This document shows positions 1-10,714 of a DNA stretch of 64,000 nt, piece by piece. Positions within the stretch are counted from its first letter, which is position 1, and each line of letters begins with the position of its first letter. The DNA is taken from assembly GCA_020697715.1 (NCBI GenBank), contig JAEHCO010000001.1:32001-96000 (forward strand), written 5' to 3'. This DNA comes from Methanobacteriota archaeon. Lineage in GTDB: Archaea > Thermoplasmatota > Thermoplasmata > SG8-5 > JAGLSY01. The notes under the pieces are model-generated. The model was not told the origin of the DNA. It searched no databases and was given only the letters and a program-made list of their open reading frames with translations. Made by a program: the position numbers and the translations under genes.

Positions 1-2571
1 ATCAAGATCGATTACATAGATCGAATCCTCCAAACATGTGTCCATAGCTGTAACTTGTGTAGTGGTCACTATTAGGGATATCGGCGTCAAGAAAGGATAT
101 GTTACCGTCTCCATAATGCCCCAGATATCAGTGAAATCCCAGCCTGTAAAAGTTAATTCCTGCTTCATCTCGATAGTGGTCTTGCCGATCCCGCTGGCAG
201 TGCTCGGATTGCCGGATGTATTGGTATCCCAGAAGCAGTTCATGGTGGAGTTAAGATCAATTCCTGCAAAGCCGCCAATTGAACTAGCTCCACTAGCATT
301 TCCTGTGCTGTAGGAATTCATAATAAAGCCAATAACATTATTTTGTCCAACAAAGCCACCGATCATACTACCGCTACTGGCATTACCAGTGCTATAGGAG
401 TTCGTGATATCACCGCCATTACATCCTACGAAGCCACCAACATTACCTGCAGTTCCGTTGGCACTGCTAGTACTGTAGCAGTTCGTGATAGCACCAATAT
501 TATATCCTACGAAGCCACCGATCCACTGAACTCCGCTGATGACACCACCAGTGCTGTAGCAGTTCGTGATGGAGCCGTCATTATTATATCCTGCAAAACC
601 ACCAACATAATTTCCACTTCCAATGGCACTGGCACTAGCATCGCCAGAGCTATAGCAGTTTGAAATGGTGGCGCCGGGAGCATTTCGACCTACAAAACCA
701 CCAACATAATCACTAATTCCAAATATCCCACTAGCACTTGCACTGCCAGTACTGTAGCAATTCATTATAGAATCAGCATTCTGGCCAACGAAACCTCCAA
801 TATATAATTCGTACCCTATGGCATTCCCAATACTGTAGCAGTTTGTGATGGGGCCATCGTTCTGGCCAACGAAACCTCCTATCTGGATCGTACCGCTGGC
901 ACTGTCTGTGCTATAGGAGTTGGAAATATTGCCAGCATTACTTCCGATGAAACCACCTATATTACTATTGCCAGATGCACTGCCCTGGCAGTATGAATTG
1001 GTGATTGTGTTCGTATTCGCTCCGGCGAAGCCACCAACATAGGTTCCCCCGTTAGTGTTTCCGGTTGAATAGCAGTCGTCAATATTATTCTCATTGATTC
1101 CCACAAAACCACCTACATTATCACCACTGCCTGTAACCATCCCAGTTGAATAACTGGAAGTGATCGGACCATGGTTCCAGCCCACAAAACCTCCGAATTT
1201 GTTACTTGTCGAATTTACTAGTCCCGTACTATAACAAATATCAATTATGTGACCAAAGGTGCTGTATCCCATGAAGCCGCCAATAGTTCCAGCCCCCGAA
1301 ACATTACCTGTACTGTAACTGTTGGTTATTGAGCCCCCATTTCCACCAGATCCGGCAAAGCCCCCACTGTATGAGCCTGAAACATCCCCAGTGCTGTAGC
1401 AGTATGAAATGTCAGTATTAGTAGCCATATTGCCGATAAAACCGCCAGTTGATTGTGGGCCTGATACAAGACCTGTGGCATAGCAGTTGGTTATTTCTCT
1501 CGATGAATGGAATCCAGTAAATCCCCCGGCATTATTACCGATGGCAGTAGCATTGCCAGTTGCATAGCAATTATTAATTGTGCTTTGACTTGTACCGACA
1601 AATCCTCCAACACGATCACCTGTTCCAGTTGCATCACCTGTACTAAAACAATTAACGATTATTCCATTGAAACCACTATCATGTCCAATAAAGCCACCGA
1701 CATCATCTCGCCCATCGGCTGAGCCAGTGCTGTAACAGTTAGTTAATTGACTGTCATCATTCAATCCAATAAACCCACCAATCTCATCAGATGTACCAAT
1801 TGCTGTTGCTTCGCTGTGGCTGTCAGAAACCGTACCATAATTTACTCCTAAGAGCCCTCCAACCTGATTGGAGCCCGAAGCGATACCAATACTACTGAGG
1901 TTTTGCAATGAGCCAGCACTGAGCCCGATCAAAACACCAATATAGACATTGCCAGTGGATGTGCCGTTGGAATTACAATCACTTATGATTGATGAACCAC
2001 TTGAGGAACCAAGCAAGAGCCCTGCATAGCTGGTATTTGTATTTACTGAACCCTGACAGGAGATCCCCGTAATGATCCCTGAAGCACTACCGGCTAAACC
2101 TCCAACAGTATGATTACCTTTTATGTTAAGGCCAATGAAGATGATGTCCCTGATCTCGCTGTTTGGACCGGCATGACCAAAAAGTCCGACATAGCGTTGA
2201 GAGGAACGGTTGATGAAAAGGTCATTAATACTGTAGCCCTGGCCATCTAAGGAACCTTGAAAATCATCGACCCAATTACCAATTGGATCAAAACCCTCGA
2301 AGGCAGAACCATTTAAGTTCCATGTTGAGGTCGCGCTGGCATCGATATCATTCATCAGAACATAATGGGCATTCAGATCCAGCTCCATTTCCTGAAGCTG
2401 GTTCACATTTGTTACCTGATATGGATCTCCAGGAGTTCCGACACCCCCGCCTGAGAACAATGGGGCAGGAACTATCTCCATTCCCTCAACATCCGTAGTC
2501 ATGTCCAGCATCACGAATGATGAGCTGAAGATCATAGCTAAACTTATCAATAATGTAATAGATTTTTTCAT
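1..2571 (-). CDS. GLUG-motif repeat surface protein (partial, runs off the left edge)
   Basis: Absent from the ORF track, probably because its stop lies outside the window. Manual translation from ATG at 2571 gives MKKSITLLISLAMIFSSSFVMLDMTTDVEGMEIVPAP...GDPYQVTNVNQLQEM...YVLMNDIDAS, then repeated GGFVG..N...CYSTG units. Paralog of 2637..5792. Confidence 0.85.
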   Translation of the reverse strand, partial: MKKSITLLISLAMIFSSSFVMLDMTTDVEGMEIVPAPLFSGGGVGTPGDPYQVTNVNQLQEMELDLNAHYVLMNDIDASATSTWNLNGSAFEGFDPIGNWVDDFQGSLDGQGYSINDLFINRSSQRYVGLFGHAGPNSEIRDIIFIGLNIKGNHTVGGLAGSASGIITGISCQGSVNTNTSYAGLLLGSSSGSSIISDCNSNGTSTGNVYIGVLIGLSAGSLQNLSSIGIASGSNQVGGLLGVNYGTVSDSHSEATAIGTSDEIGGFIGLNDDSQLTNCYSTGSADGRDDVGGFIGHDSGFNGIIVNCFSTGDATGTGDRVGGFVGTSQSTINNCYATGNATAIGNNAGGFTGFHSSREITNCYATGLVSGPQSTGGFIGNMATNTDISYCYSTGDVSGSYSGGFAGSGGNGGSITNSYSTGNVSGAGTIGGFMGYSTFGHIIDICYSTGLVNSTSNKFGGFVGWNHGPITSSYSTGMVTGSGDNVGGFVGINENNIDDCYSTGNTNGGTYVGGFAGANTNTITNSYCQGSASGNSNIGGFIGSNAGNISNSYSTDSASGTIQIGGFVGQNDGPITNCYSIGNAIGYELYIGGFVGQNADSIMNCYSTGSASASGIFGISDYVGGFVGRNAPGATISNCYSSGDASASAIGSGNYVGGFAGYNNDGSITNCYSTGGVISGVQWIGGFVGYNIGAITNCYSTSSANGTAGNVGGFVGCNGGDITNSYSTGNASSGSMIGGFVGQNNVIGFIMNSYSTGNASGASSIGGFAGIDLNSTMNCFWDTNTSGNPSTASGIGKTTIEMKQELTFTGWDFTDIWGIMETVTYPFLTPISLIVTTTQVTAMDTCLEDSIYVIDLD

Positions 2572-2636
2572 ATCCTTCACCCGGCTTCCTCTGAATGGGA
2601 ATCGGGTGGCAAGATAATAACATTTCCGTAATATTG

Positions 2637-5600
2637 TTAAGAAATGTCTGGCTCCCCTTGCCCTTCAGCCTCAACCTCAATTTCAGCATCTGGCTCTGGA
2701 GATCCTTCCACACCCTCCGGCTTTCCACCACTTCCACCTCTGGTGAATCCAATAACAGCCAGCACACCCATAACGACAGCCGCGATGACCGCGCCCCAGG
2801 CCCATGCCGGGGTCTCGATGACCGTGTCCTGTGTGGATGGATCGGCGGTGCCATTATTCCAAACAGTTGTATTATGATATTCTGGAATTGTGTTATTGGC
2901 CCATTCGGTCGTGTTGTGGTATTCTGGAATTGTCTCATTGTTCCATATTGTTTGATTGTGATACTCTGGAACTGTCTCATTGTTCCAGATGGTCTGATTG
3001 TTGTACTCTGGAACTGTCTCATTGTTCCAGATGGTCTGATTGTTGTACTCTGTGACAATGAGGAAATCAGAATCCATGAAATCCGCTATGCCGTCATTGT
3101 CATCGTCTGGTGGAAGATCAGTGTCATCCAATGGGTCAAATCCACCTGCAATTTCGACTGCATCGTCCCAGTTATCATTGTCATCATCATCATCCACCGA
3201 ATCGTCAATTCCATCGCCATCATTATCTGATACCATTGTCGGATCAAGTGGGAAGTCATCAGAGGTATCTGGAGTGCCGTCATTGTCATCGTCCAGGTCT
3301 GTGGTGTCCGGTTGACCGTCATTGTCTGTATCCAGATCCACAGTAAGGGTGAATATCCGGGTGTCATTGGCACCGTTCCCATCATCAACTGTGACCTCGA
3401 CATTGTAGATACCTGCCTGCGCATTGTTGGGTGTTCCGGACAATATTCCGTCATTGTCTATTGAAAGCCAGCCTGTGACATTACCGGACAGGTTCCAGGT
3501 CGTGGATGGGTCATCTGTGGAATCATAATCGACCGAGTACAATGCTCCAGTGTTGGTGCTCGGAACATCTGGGGTTGTTATACTGGGGCCCATGTTCTCC
3601 ACATCGAAGGTGTAATTATAGAAGCCTTGGTGGCCCACAGGATCCGTGGCCGTGATATTTGCATAGTATGTGCCTACATCCACGTTCAAAGGAGTTCCAG
3701 ATATTACTCCAAATGAGGATATGGACAGCCAGCCTGTGGCATCGGTTTCCAAGCCCCATTGCATCATGCCAGATCCAGGAAGAGGTTGAAGGGCTGAATC
3801 AAAAACGATCATGTAATTTGAATCTTCAATAGCCGTGTCCATCATGGTCACTTGCCCTGTCGAGATAATTGTGGAGAACGGAGTCAGGTATGGGTATGAA
3901 GTGGTCTCCATAATGCCCCAGACATTTGTGAAGTTCCATGGCGGGTTGAATGTCGCTTGCTGCTTCATCTCAGCAGTGGTCTTACCAGTTGCACCAGTAA
4001 GTCCGCCAGCGCCGATTCCTATTCCTGTTACAGAAGTGTCGGTATCCCAAAAACAATCTATGATAGCGCCAGAATTGTTATATCCGGCAAAGCCACCCGA
4101 ATTGAGATTACCGATTGCCCTACCTGTGCTGTAACAATTCTTTATCGTGCCAATGCCCCATACATATCCTGTGAATCCACCAACCCGGTCATTACCAATA
4201 GCATTTCCCATGCTGTAGCAGTTCGCGATGATACCGTGGTTCTGTCCTGAAAAACCACCAACATATTCAATTGTTCCAATAGAGCTCCCAGTACTGTAGC
4301 AGGCAGTGATCGATCCAACTTCATTGATACCCACAAAACCACCAACATAACTATCTGTTCCAGTTGCACCCCCTGTGCTGTAGCTTGCCGTTATCGGTCC
4401 TTCGTTCCATCCTACAAAACCACCAATATACATATGTCCACTGGCACTACCTGTGCTGTAGCAATTTGTGATCGTGCCGACATTGGTCATAAACCCCGCG
4501 AAGCCCCCAACATAATCAAAAATTCCTGTGGCACTGCCAGTGCTGTAGCAATTTGTGACCTGGCTATTATCAATATATCCAACGAAACCACCAACATACA
4601 TATCTCCATTTACAATACCGGTGCTGTATGAGTTTATGATCGTGCCGCCAATATTAAATCCAACGAAGCCGCCGACATAATGATCGATCGATGTGGCATC
4701 TCCTGTGCTGTAGCAGTTAGAGGCGGTATTGCCATTAAGACCGATGAAGCCGCCGACATTGTTAGCACCGCTGGCATCTCCTGTGCTGTAGCAGTTAGAG
4801 ACGGGATTGCCATTAAGACCGATGAAGCCACCGACATGATCATCACCACTGGCATTGCCAGTACTGTAGCAGTTAGAGACGAGATTGTTATTAAGACCGA
4901 TGAAGCCACCATAATAATCTCCCGATGCAAAAGAGATGGCATTGCCGGTGCTGTAGCAGTTTGTTATAGTGCCACTGTTACTTCCTGTGAATCCTCCTGC
5001 ATAATCATCGACCCCATTGGCATCTCCCGTACTATAGCAATTTATTATGTCTGCCTGATTTTGGCCTACAAAGCCTCCTGTATACTCAACTGCGGTTGAC
5101 GTGCCAGTACTGTAGCAATTGGAGATATTACCTACAAAATTAAGTCCTACAAATCCACCAGCGGTCCATGAGATACCATTTACAGAACTGGTACTGTAGC
5201 AGTAAGTGATAGTGCCACCATTATTTGTTCCAACAAGCCCGCCAACATCAAAGATTCCAGTTACGTATCCTGTGCTGTAACAGTCAGTGATCGTGCCCAT
5301 ATTTCTTGCAACCAAGCCTCCAACAGTATCTTGGCCATCTATATCTGAATTGTTCAGGCCAATGCCAGTTAAGCTGGCTGTTTCGCTGATAATGCCAAAG
5401 AGGCCAACTTGATCTGTGGTGGAACGGTTTATTATCAAATTAATTATTTCAAAGCCCTGGCCATCCAGAGAGCCATTGAACTTCGATGTGGTATTACCAA
5501 TTGGTGTAAACCCTGCGCCAGAATCCCAGATATTGGTAATTGTGGCATCGATATCATTGCCCAATACGTAACTTGCATTCATGTCCAAGCGTATGTAATA

Positions 5601-5792
5601 CAAATCAAGAACATCCTCCACAATGTAAGGGTTGCCAATACTACCATCTCCACCACCGAAAGCTCCTCCGGCAAGTGGGACAGGGCCGGGAACAATTTCC
5701 TCACCCTCTACATTCGCGGTCATATCCAGCATCACAAAAAGTGAGCTGAGAACTAGCATAGAACTGATAATTAATGTGGCTGTTTTCTTCAT
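2637..5792 (-). CDS. GLUG-repeat surface glycoprotein with putative Ig-like domains, TSP3-like Ca-binding repeats and C-terminal TM anchor
   Basis: Signal peptide from MKKTATL (ATG 5792); many VGGFVG.N...NCYSTG repeats; two WLSI..G..SGTP Ig-like segments; DxDxDG repeats; TM segment WAWGAVIAAVVMGVLAVIGF. Confidence 0.85.
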   Translation of the reverse strand: MKKTATLIISSMLVLSSLFVMLDMTANVEGEEIVPGPVPLAGGAFGGGDGSIGNPYIVEDVLDLYYIRLDMNASYVLGNDIDATITNIWDSGAGFTPIGNTTSKFNGSLDGQGFEIINLIINRSTTDQVGLFGIISETASLTGIGLNNSDIDGQDTVGGLVARNMGTITDCYSTGYVTGIFDVGGLVGTNNGGTITYCYSTSSVNGISWTAGGFVGLNFVGNISNCYSTGTSTAVEYTGGFVGQNQADIINCYSTGDANGVDDYAGGFTGSNSGTITNCYSTGNAISFASGDYYGGFIGLNNNLVSNCYSTGNASGDDHVGGFIGLNGNPVSNCYSTGDASGANNVGGFIGLNGNTASNCYSTGDATSIDHYVGGFVGFNIGGTIINSYSTGIVNGDMYVGGFVGYIDNSQVTNCYSTGSATGIFDYVGGFAGFMTNVGTITNCYSTGSASGHMYIGGFVGWNEGPITASYSTGGATGTDSYVGGFVGINEVGSITACYSTGSSIGTIEYVGGFSGQNHGIIANCYSMGNAIGNDRVGGFTGYVWGIGTIKNCYSTGRAIGNLNSGGFAGYNNSGAIIDCFWDTDTSVTGIGIGAGGLTGATGKTTAEMKQQATFNPPWNFTNVWGIMETTSYPYLTPFSTIISTGQVTMMDTAIEDSNYMIVFDSALQPLPGSGMMQWGLETDATGWLSISSFGVISGTPLNVDVGTYYANITATDPVGHQGFYNYTFDVENMGPSITTPDVPSTNTGALYSVDYDSTDDPSTTWNLSGNVTGWLSIDNDGILSGTPNNAQAGIYNVEVTVDDGNGANDTRIFTLTVDLDTDNDGQPDTTDLDDDNDGTPDTSDDFPLDPTMVSDNDGDGIDDSVDDDDDNDNWDDAVEIAGGFDPLDDTDLPPDDDNDGIADFMDSDFLIVTEYNNQTIWNNETVPEYNNQTIWNNETVPEYHNQTIWNNETIPEYHNTTEWANNTIPEYHNTTVWNNGTADPSTQDTVIETPAWAWGAVIAAVVMGVLAVIGFTRGGSGGKPEGVEGSPEPDAEIEVEAEGQGEPDIS
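2851..3051 (-). repeat. 42-bp in-frame tandem repeat encoding EYNNQTIWNNETVP-like units
   Basis: Near-identical 42-nt units in the DNA; three full and two truncated protein units. Confidence 0.85.
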
Positions 5793-5863
5793 GATATCAT
5801 TTCCCCTATCAATGTGAGGGAAATGCACCATATGGCATAATTACTTTTAGATTGTTAATTGAA

Positions 5864-6901
5864 TTACAACAGCTTGCCCCACCTGGAAGGTTCCCTGCCC
5901 TTCCAGTTGCCCTTGTTGTAAGCATACCCGGCTATCAGCGGCAATGCGATGGTGGCCTCTGCCCAAACCATCTGCTCATGGTTGGTCTCTACTTTTCCCC
6001 ATGAACTGGCTTCCTTCAGGGTGCTGCCGGATAATGCGCCATCGCGCTCGTCAGCCACTGTGATCTGTATCGCGTATTTGTGCATGCGGACATCCTCCAG
6101 GAGCTTGCCAGATGGGTCAACTTCGACACCCAGGACAGTGTCCTGTACGAAGTTCTTGGGCACTCCGCCGCCTATCATGAAGATGCCGGATTGCTTGCTG
6201 GCTGTTACCAAGGCTACCAGTTCCCTGAAATCAGCGACCGAATCAATGCTCAGATGCAGATCCGGGTTCTGACGCTGGTGATCCAATAGACCGAATCCCG
6301 CACTGCAATCCGAGAAAGCTGGGCAGAAGATCGGAACATCCATCTTGTAGGCCGCGTGAATGACCGAGTCATCCACCTTCGGTCCCTGTTCATCCAGATA
6401 CTTGCCCATCTCCTTGATGAACTCGCGAGATGAATAGGGGCGCTTTTCGAGTTTGTCCGCTATCACTTTCACTGTCTGGTCGCACACGCGCAATTCTTCT
6501 TCATCTATGAACGTATCATATATTCTATCAATATGTAATTCGCGGAGATCATTGTCATCCACAAATGGTGTGCCGATGTAGTGCTTGAATCCAATGGCCT
6601 CGAAGAAATCCATGTCCACAATTACCGCGCCAGTCGAGACAATTGCATCGATCATATTGTTCATTATCATGTCATGAACAATTTTCTTCAAACCTGCTGA
6701 GAAGAGGGAGCCGGACATACAAAGGATCACCTTGCAATCATGGTCAGCCAGCATCATGTCGTATATCTTGGCCGCGCGTGATAGATTGCGAGCCTGGAAA
6801 GCCATGCTGGACATCGACTCCACGATATCTACAACGTCATGCTCTTTCATGTCATAATGCTCTATCAGGTCTTTGAGAAGGTCTTCTTTTTTCAGGTTCA
6901 T
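5864..6901 (-). CDS. dys: deoxyhypusine synthase
   Basis: DRIYDT, GGGVPKNF and GALSGSTLKEASSWGK motifs, with the active-site Lys retained. Confidence 0.9.
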   Translation of the reverse strand: MNLKKEDLLKDLIEHYDMKEHDVVDIVESMSSMAFQARNLSRAAKIYDMMLADHDCKVILCMSGSLFSAGLKKIVHDMIMNNMIDAIVSTGAVIVDMDFFEAIGFKHYIGTPFVDDNDLRELHIDRIYDTFIDEEELRVCDQTVKVIADKLEKRPYSSREFIKEMGKYLDEQGPKVDDSVIHAAYKMDVPIFCPAFSDCSAGFGLLDHQRQNPDLHLSIDSVADFRELVALVTASKQSGIFMIGGGVPKNFVQDTVLGVEVDPSGKLLEDVRMHKYAIQITVADERDGALSGSTLKEASSWGKVETNHEQMVWAEATIALPLIAGYAYNKGNWKGREPSRWGKLL

Positions 6902-7110
6902 ATGATCACATCTTATTGATTAGATAATTAATATTTGTAATGATAATAGATATTTAGTTCTTTTCAAAGAAGGCCTTAAACTTTAATTATTCGATAGATA
7001 TTACCATCGGACATAAGGGATGCATTCGAAGATCGGCCTTTATTGCAAGGCCAGCTTGTCTAATTAATATGGTAAATGCCAGCATTCCTTAATATCAACA
7101 TAATGAAGGG

Positions 7111-9174
7111 ATGGAAATGGCAGTCTCAACAGCAGAGAAATTGGCGCAGGGTCAGAAAGAGATATCGATCGGAGAGTTCTTCCAGAGGAACAAGCAGATC
7201 CTGGGATTCGACTCATTGACCAGAGCTTTATTGACATCTGTGAAAGAGGGTGTGGACAATTCTCTGGATGCTTGCGAGGAAGCCGGAATTTTACCAGATA
7301 TTTATGTCGAGATCGAGCAGATATCCAAGATCGAGTTCAAGATCACGATGGAGGATAATGGACCCGGCATTGTCAAGCGACAGATCGCCAATGTCTTCGG
7401 CCGGCTTCTGTATGGTTCCAGGTTCCATGCGATCCGCCAATCCCGTGGCCAGCAGGGTATTGGGATTTCAGCCGTTGTAATGTACGGTCAGCTGACAACC
7501 GGAAAACCAACTTACGTTATTTCCAAGACCGAGAAGGAAGAGGCCGCCCACTGGATGAACCTCGTGCTCAATACGAAGAAGAATCGAGCGGACATTATCG
7601 AAGAAGATTTCAAGATCTGGGAGGGCAAGGAGCATGGAACCCGAATTGAAGTTTATGTCAATGCCCGATATACCGCGGGTAAGCAATCGGTTCTCGAATA
7701 TCTGAAGGGAACTGCAATTGTCAACCCACATGCTCATATCACTTTCAAAGACCCGGCTGGGGAGATCCATGAGTTCAAGCGCGTGAGTGAGGATATACCA
7801 CGCCAGACCAAGGAAGTCAAGCCACATCCGAAAGGAATAGAACTTGGCCATTTCCACAATATGGCCAAGGCATCCAGTCATCGCCGCATGGTCGCGTTTC
7901 TAACTGACGAGTTCTCCAGGGTCAGCCCCCGTGTTGCCAAAGAGATACTTGAGAAGGCCGGGGTTCGGGAGAAGAAAAGCCCCAAGACCCTGAGCATCCA
8001 GGAAGCGAAGGCAGTTGTCAAGGCCATCGATGCAGTGAAGATCATGGCTCCCCAGACCGATTGCCTGTCACCCATTGGCCCCACGCTTATCAAGAAGGGG
8101 CTGCGTAATGTTCTCAGTGGTCTTAAACCGAAGTTCTACGCGCCCCCTATCACTCGTGATCCGAGTGTTTACTCCGGCCACCCATTCCAAGTTGAGGTCG
8201 GTATGGTCTATGGAGGCCAGCTACCCAAGGACAAGCAAGTGGAGATACTCAGATTCGCCAATCGCGTGCCGTTGCTGTACCAGCAGGGTGGGGATGTGAT
8301 CACCAATGCCATCTCCAAGGTGGACTGGCGGCGCTATGGACTTGAACAACGTGGCGGCAAGGGAATTCCCTATGGGCCAGCGGTAATCCTCGTGCATGTG
8401 GCTTCCACCCAGATACCTTTCACCAGCGAGTCCAAAGACGCGATCGCCAATATCAAGATCATCGACAGCGAGATAGAGCGGGCGTTGAGATTATGCGCCC
8501 GTAAATTAAAATCACATCTCAGCAAGAGCGCGACCAAGGCCAAGAATCGAGAGAAGTTCAATATTGTTCAGATATTGCTTCCGGAGATCGCGAAGAAATC
8601 CGCCAATATCGTGGGCAAGCCAGTGCCCAAACTTGGCAAGACCATCACCAGCATCATGGACGTGATCTGGATAGATGATTCCATCGAGTATGACAAGAAG
8701 AGGCACAAGGTGCAGGTTGACGTATATAATTACACATCGACCATCAAGAAAATGAAACTGTACGCGGAGCTTCCGATGGATGATATCGATATGAAGAAGT
8801 TCGATCCGGAGCCTGATGATATAAATGGCGACAAGGTGCAGTGGAATATTAATAGGATAGCCAGTACCGACAGCTATCCTATTAAATTCGAATTAAAGGG
8901 TCTGGAAAAGGAAGAGTTCAACGATGTTGAGGTTTATTTCAGTGATATGAACCCGGCCATCGTGATCGGAGCCGACATGCTGCCGGGCGACTGGAACCTG
9001 GATGATAAAAGGATCACGGCAGCGGCGCAGTCCTTGTTTGACTATGACGAGGCCGTGAGCAAGACCAAGAAACCGGACGATGATGATGATCTGGACTATG
9101 ACGATGTGGCCGAGGTCCTGGATGATGACAATGGCATTGGAGATAGTGCGGAGGTGATCTCAAATGACGAATAG
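7111..9174 (+). CDS. top6B: DNA topoisomerase VI subunit B
   Basis: GHKL motifs [23 protein letters not shown]; RFANRVPL; C-terminal extension with acidic tail. Confidence 0.97.
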   Translation: MEMAVSTAEKLAQGQKEISIGEFFQRNKQILGFDSLTRALLTSVKEGVDNSLDACEEAGILPDIYVEIEQISKIEFKITMEDNGPGIVKRQIANVFGRLLYGSRFHAIRQSRGQQGIGISAVVMYGQLTTGKPTYVISKTEKEEAAHWMNLVLNTKKNRADIIEEDFKIWEGKEHGTRIEVYVNARYTAGKQSVLEYLKGTAIVNPHAHITFKDPAGEIHEFKRVSEDIPRQTKEVKPHPKGIELGHFHNMAKASSHRRMVAFLTDEFSRVSPRVAKEILEKAGVREKKSPKTLSIQEAKAVVKAIDAVKIMAPQTDCLSPIGPTLIKKGLRNVLSGLKPKFYAPPITRDPSVYSGHPFQVEVGMVYGGQLPKDKQVEILRFANRVPLLYQQGGDVITNAISKVDWRRYGLEQRGGKGIPYGPAVILVHVASTQIPFTSESKDAIANIKIIDSEIERALRLCARKLKSHLSKSATKAKNREKFNIVQILLPEIAKKSANIVGKPVPKLGKTITSIMDVIWIDDSIEYDKKRHKVQVDVYNYTSTIKKMKLYAELPMDDIDMKKFDPEPDDINGDKVQWNINRIASTDSYPIKFELKGLEKEEFNDVEVYFSDMNPAIVIGADMLPGDWNLDDKRITAAAQSLFDYDEAVSKTKKPDDDDDLDYDDVAEVLDDDNGIGDSAEVISNDE

Positions 9175-10267
9175 TGACGACAGACACCAGAAAGCAGTGG
9201 AAGAGCTTTACAAGATAGCGGACAGCGTGTACAAGCAGATCGATAAAGGCCAGATACCGAAGATGGAGATCCCGCTGAGGTCGAAGAAAAATATTCAATT
9301 CGCTCCCAGAAAAGGCGTATGGAAATACGGGAACATGAAAGGCGTACGCAGTGCGAAGAAGCTCAATGGGGCCTACATGCTCCTGCGAACGATGTACATG
9401 CTGGAGTTCATCCAGGACATGATCAAGGACAGCAAATCATCCACCCTGAGAGAAATGTACTACATATCCGAGGGCTGGGACAAGGGCAAGTTCGGGTCCC
9501 AGGACGAGTCAAATAATCTGGCCGAGGACCTTGAGATAATTACAGCGTGTATGAGGGAGGACTTCAAGCTCCGCCCTGAAGAGGATGGAGCCAGAGTTAT
9601 CGGCAATCTCACTTTGGAAGAGGTCAACAGAAAGGGAATTAAAAAGAGAATAAACTGCCAGGACGATGTCGGCGACAGTGGATACAGCATACCGTACAAT
9701 GTGGAATCCGACAAGGTGAACTTCATCGAGACCGATGCGAAGTTCGTCATGGCTGTCGAAACTGGTGGTATGTTCGACAGGTTGGTGGAGAATGGATTTG
9801 ACGAGGATTCAAATGCAATTGTACTGCATCTCAAGGGACAGCCAGCGAGATCAACCAGGCGGATGATGAAGCGACTGAACGAGGAGATGAATCTACCAAT
9901 TCTCGTATTCACGGATTGCGATCCATGGTCCTTCAGAATTTATTCATCGATAGCATACGGGGCCATAAAGACAGCTCACATTTCAGAATACCTGGCCTGT
10001 CCAAGTGCGGTGTACATCGGCATAACCACCGACGACATACTGACCTACGACCTGCCGACCGACAAATTAAACGCACAAGATGTCAAGGCACTCAAGTCCG
10101 AGCTAACAGACCCGAGGTTCAAGGATAGGTTCTGGCGCGATGAGATCGAGCTGATGTTAAAAATAAACAAAAAAGCAGAACAGCAAGCACTGGCCAAGTA
10201 TGGTCTGAACTTCGTGACGGATAAGTATCTGCCGGAGAAGTTGACGGAACTGGGTATGCTGGATTAA
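9164..10267 (+). CDS. top6A: DNA topoisomerase VI subunit A
   Basis: TLREMYY catalytic Tyr motif, TOPRIM VET and DCDP, KAEQQAL; overlaps top6B. Confidence 0.97.
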   Translation: MTNSDDRHQKAVEELYKIADSVYKQIDKGQIPKMEIPLRSKKNIQFAPRKGVWKYGNMKGVRSAKKLNGAYMLLRTMYMLEFIQDMIKDSKSSTLREMYYISEGWDKGKFGSQDESNNLAEDLEIITACMREDFKLRPEEDGARVIGNLTLEEVNRKGIKKRINCQDDVGDSGYSIPYNVESDKVNFIETDAKFVMAVETGGMFDRLVENGFDEDSNAIVLHLKGQPARSTRRMMKRLNEEMNLPILVFTDCDPWSFRIYSSIAYGAIKTAHISEYLACPSAVYIGITTDDILTYDLPTDKLNAQDVKALKSELTDPRFKDRFWRDEIELMLKINKKAEQQALAKYGLNFVTDKYLPEKLTELGMLD

Positions 10268-10381
10268 TTCATTATAAATGCACAAGAGCTCCGAGCAGGC
10301 CAATGGGGGTAGGGATTGGCCAGTGGAGGAGCTGGGTGGGGGGCCGACCCATAGGATGGGGTGGGCAATATTGCAATGTAT

Positions 10382-10637
10382 CAGCAAGGCATCTTATATT
10401 CGAACATGCCCCGGGGCGAGTGTATTTTGTGTTAAATGCACAAAATAATAGTTCGAGAAGCAAAGCGATTCGAACTATGACGCAGACCCGGGGTACTATA
10501 TTCTATATCTCAGTGAGTGACAGTTGCGATGTGCCAGCAAAAAAATATCCTCCTCGCTCTCTCAATGCGAGGAGTCAAATAGAGCCCCGCCAGGAGTTCA
10601 ACGATGGGCGGGGGCCTTATCCACACCCAGCTTAGCA
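10382..10637 (+). ncRNA. structured dispersed non-coding element, family B copy 1 (ncRNA or non-autonomous mobile element)
   Basis: Homologous to 36307..36570; several stems with a compensatory change; G-T pairs favour the + strand. Confidence 0.6.
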
Positions 10638-10714
10638 AACTTATATCTCTGCAAGGGTGGGCATATTCAATGAATATTCATGGTGGGGGCGGTAAGCGGG
10701 CTAAATACCCGAAC

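Noticed and set aside
4695-4915. Possible diversity-generating retroelement TR/VR pair
   Set aside because: The repeats are in-frame tandem units within one gene, and no reverse transcriptase is present in the window.
10490-10505. Minus-strand GAATATAGTACC resembling the group I intron S element
   Set aside because: No matching R/P7 partner found, not inside a host gene, and wobble pairs favour the + strand.
10303-10635. 110-aa ORF across family B copy 1
   Set aside because: The homologous copy at 36307 has an indel and stops in this frame, and several substitutions are non-synonymous; conservation fits base pairing better than coding.
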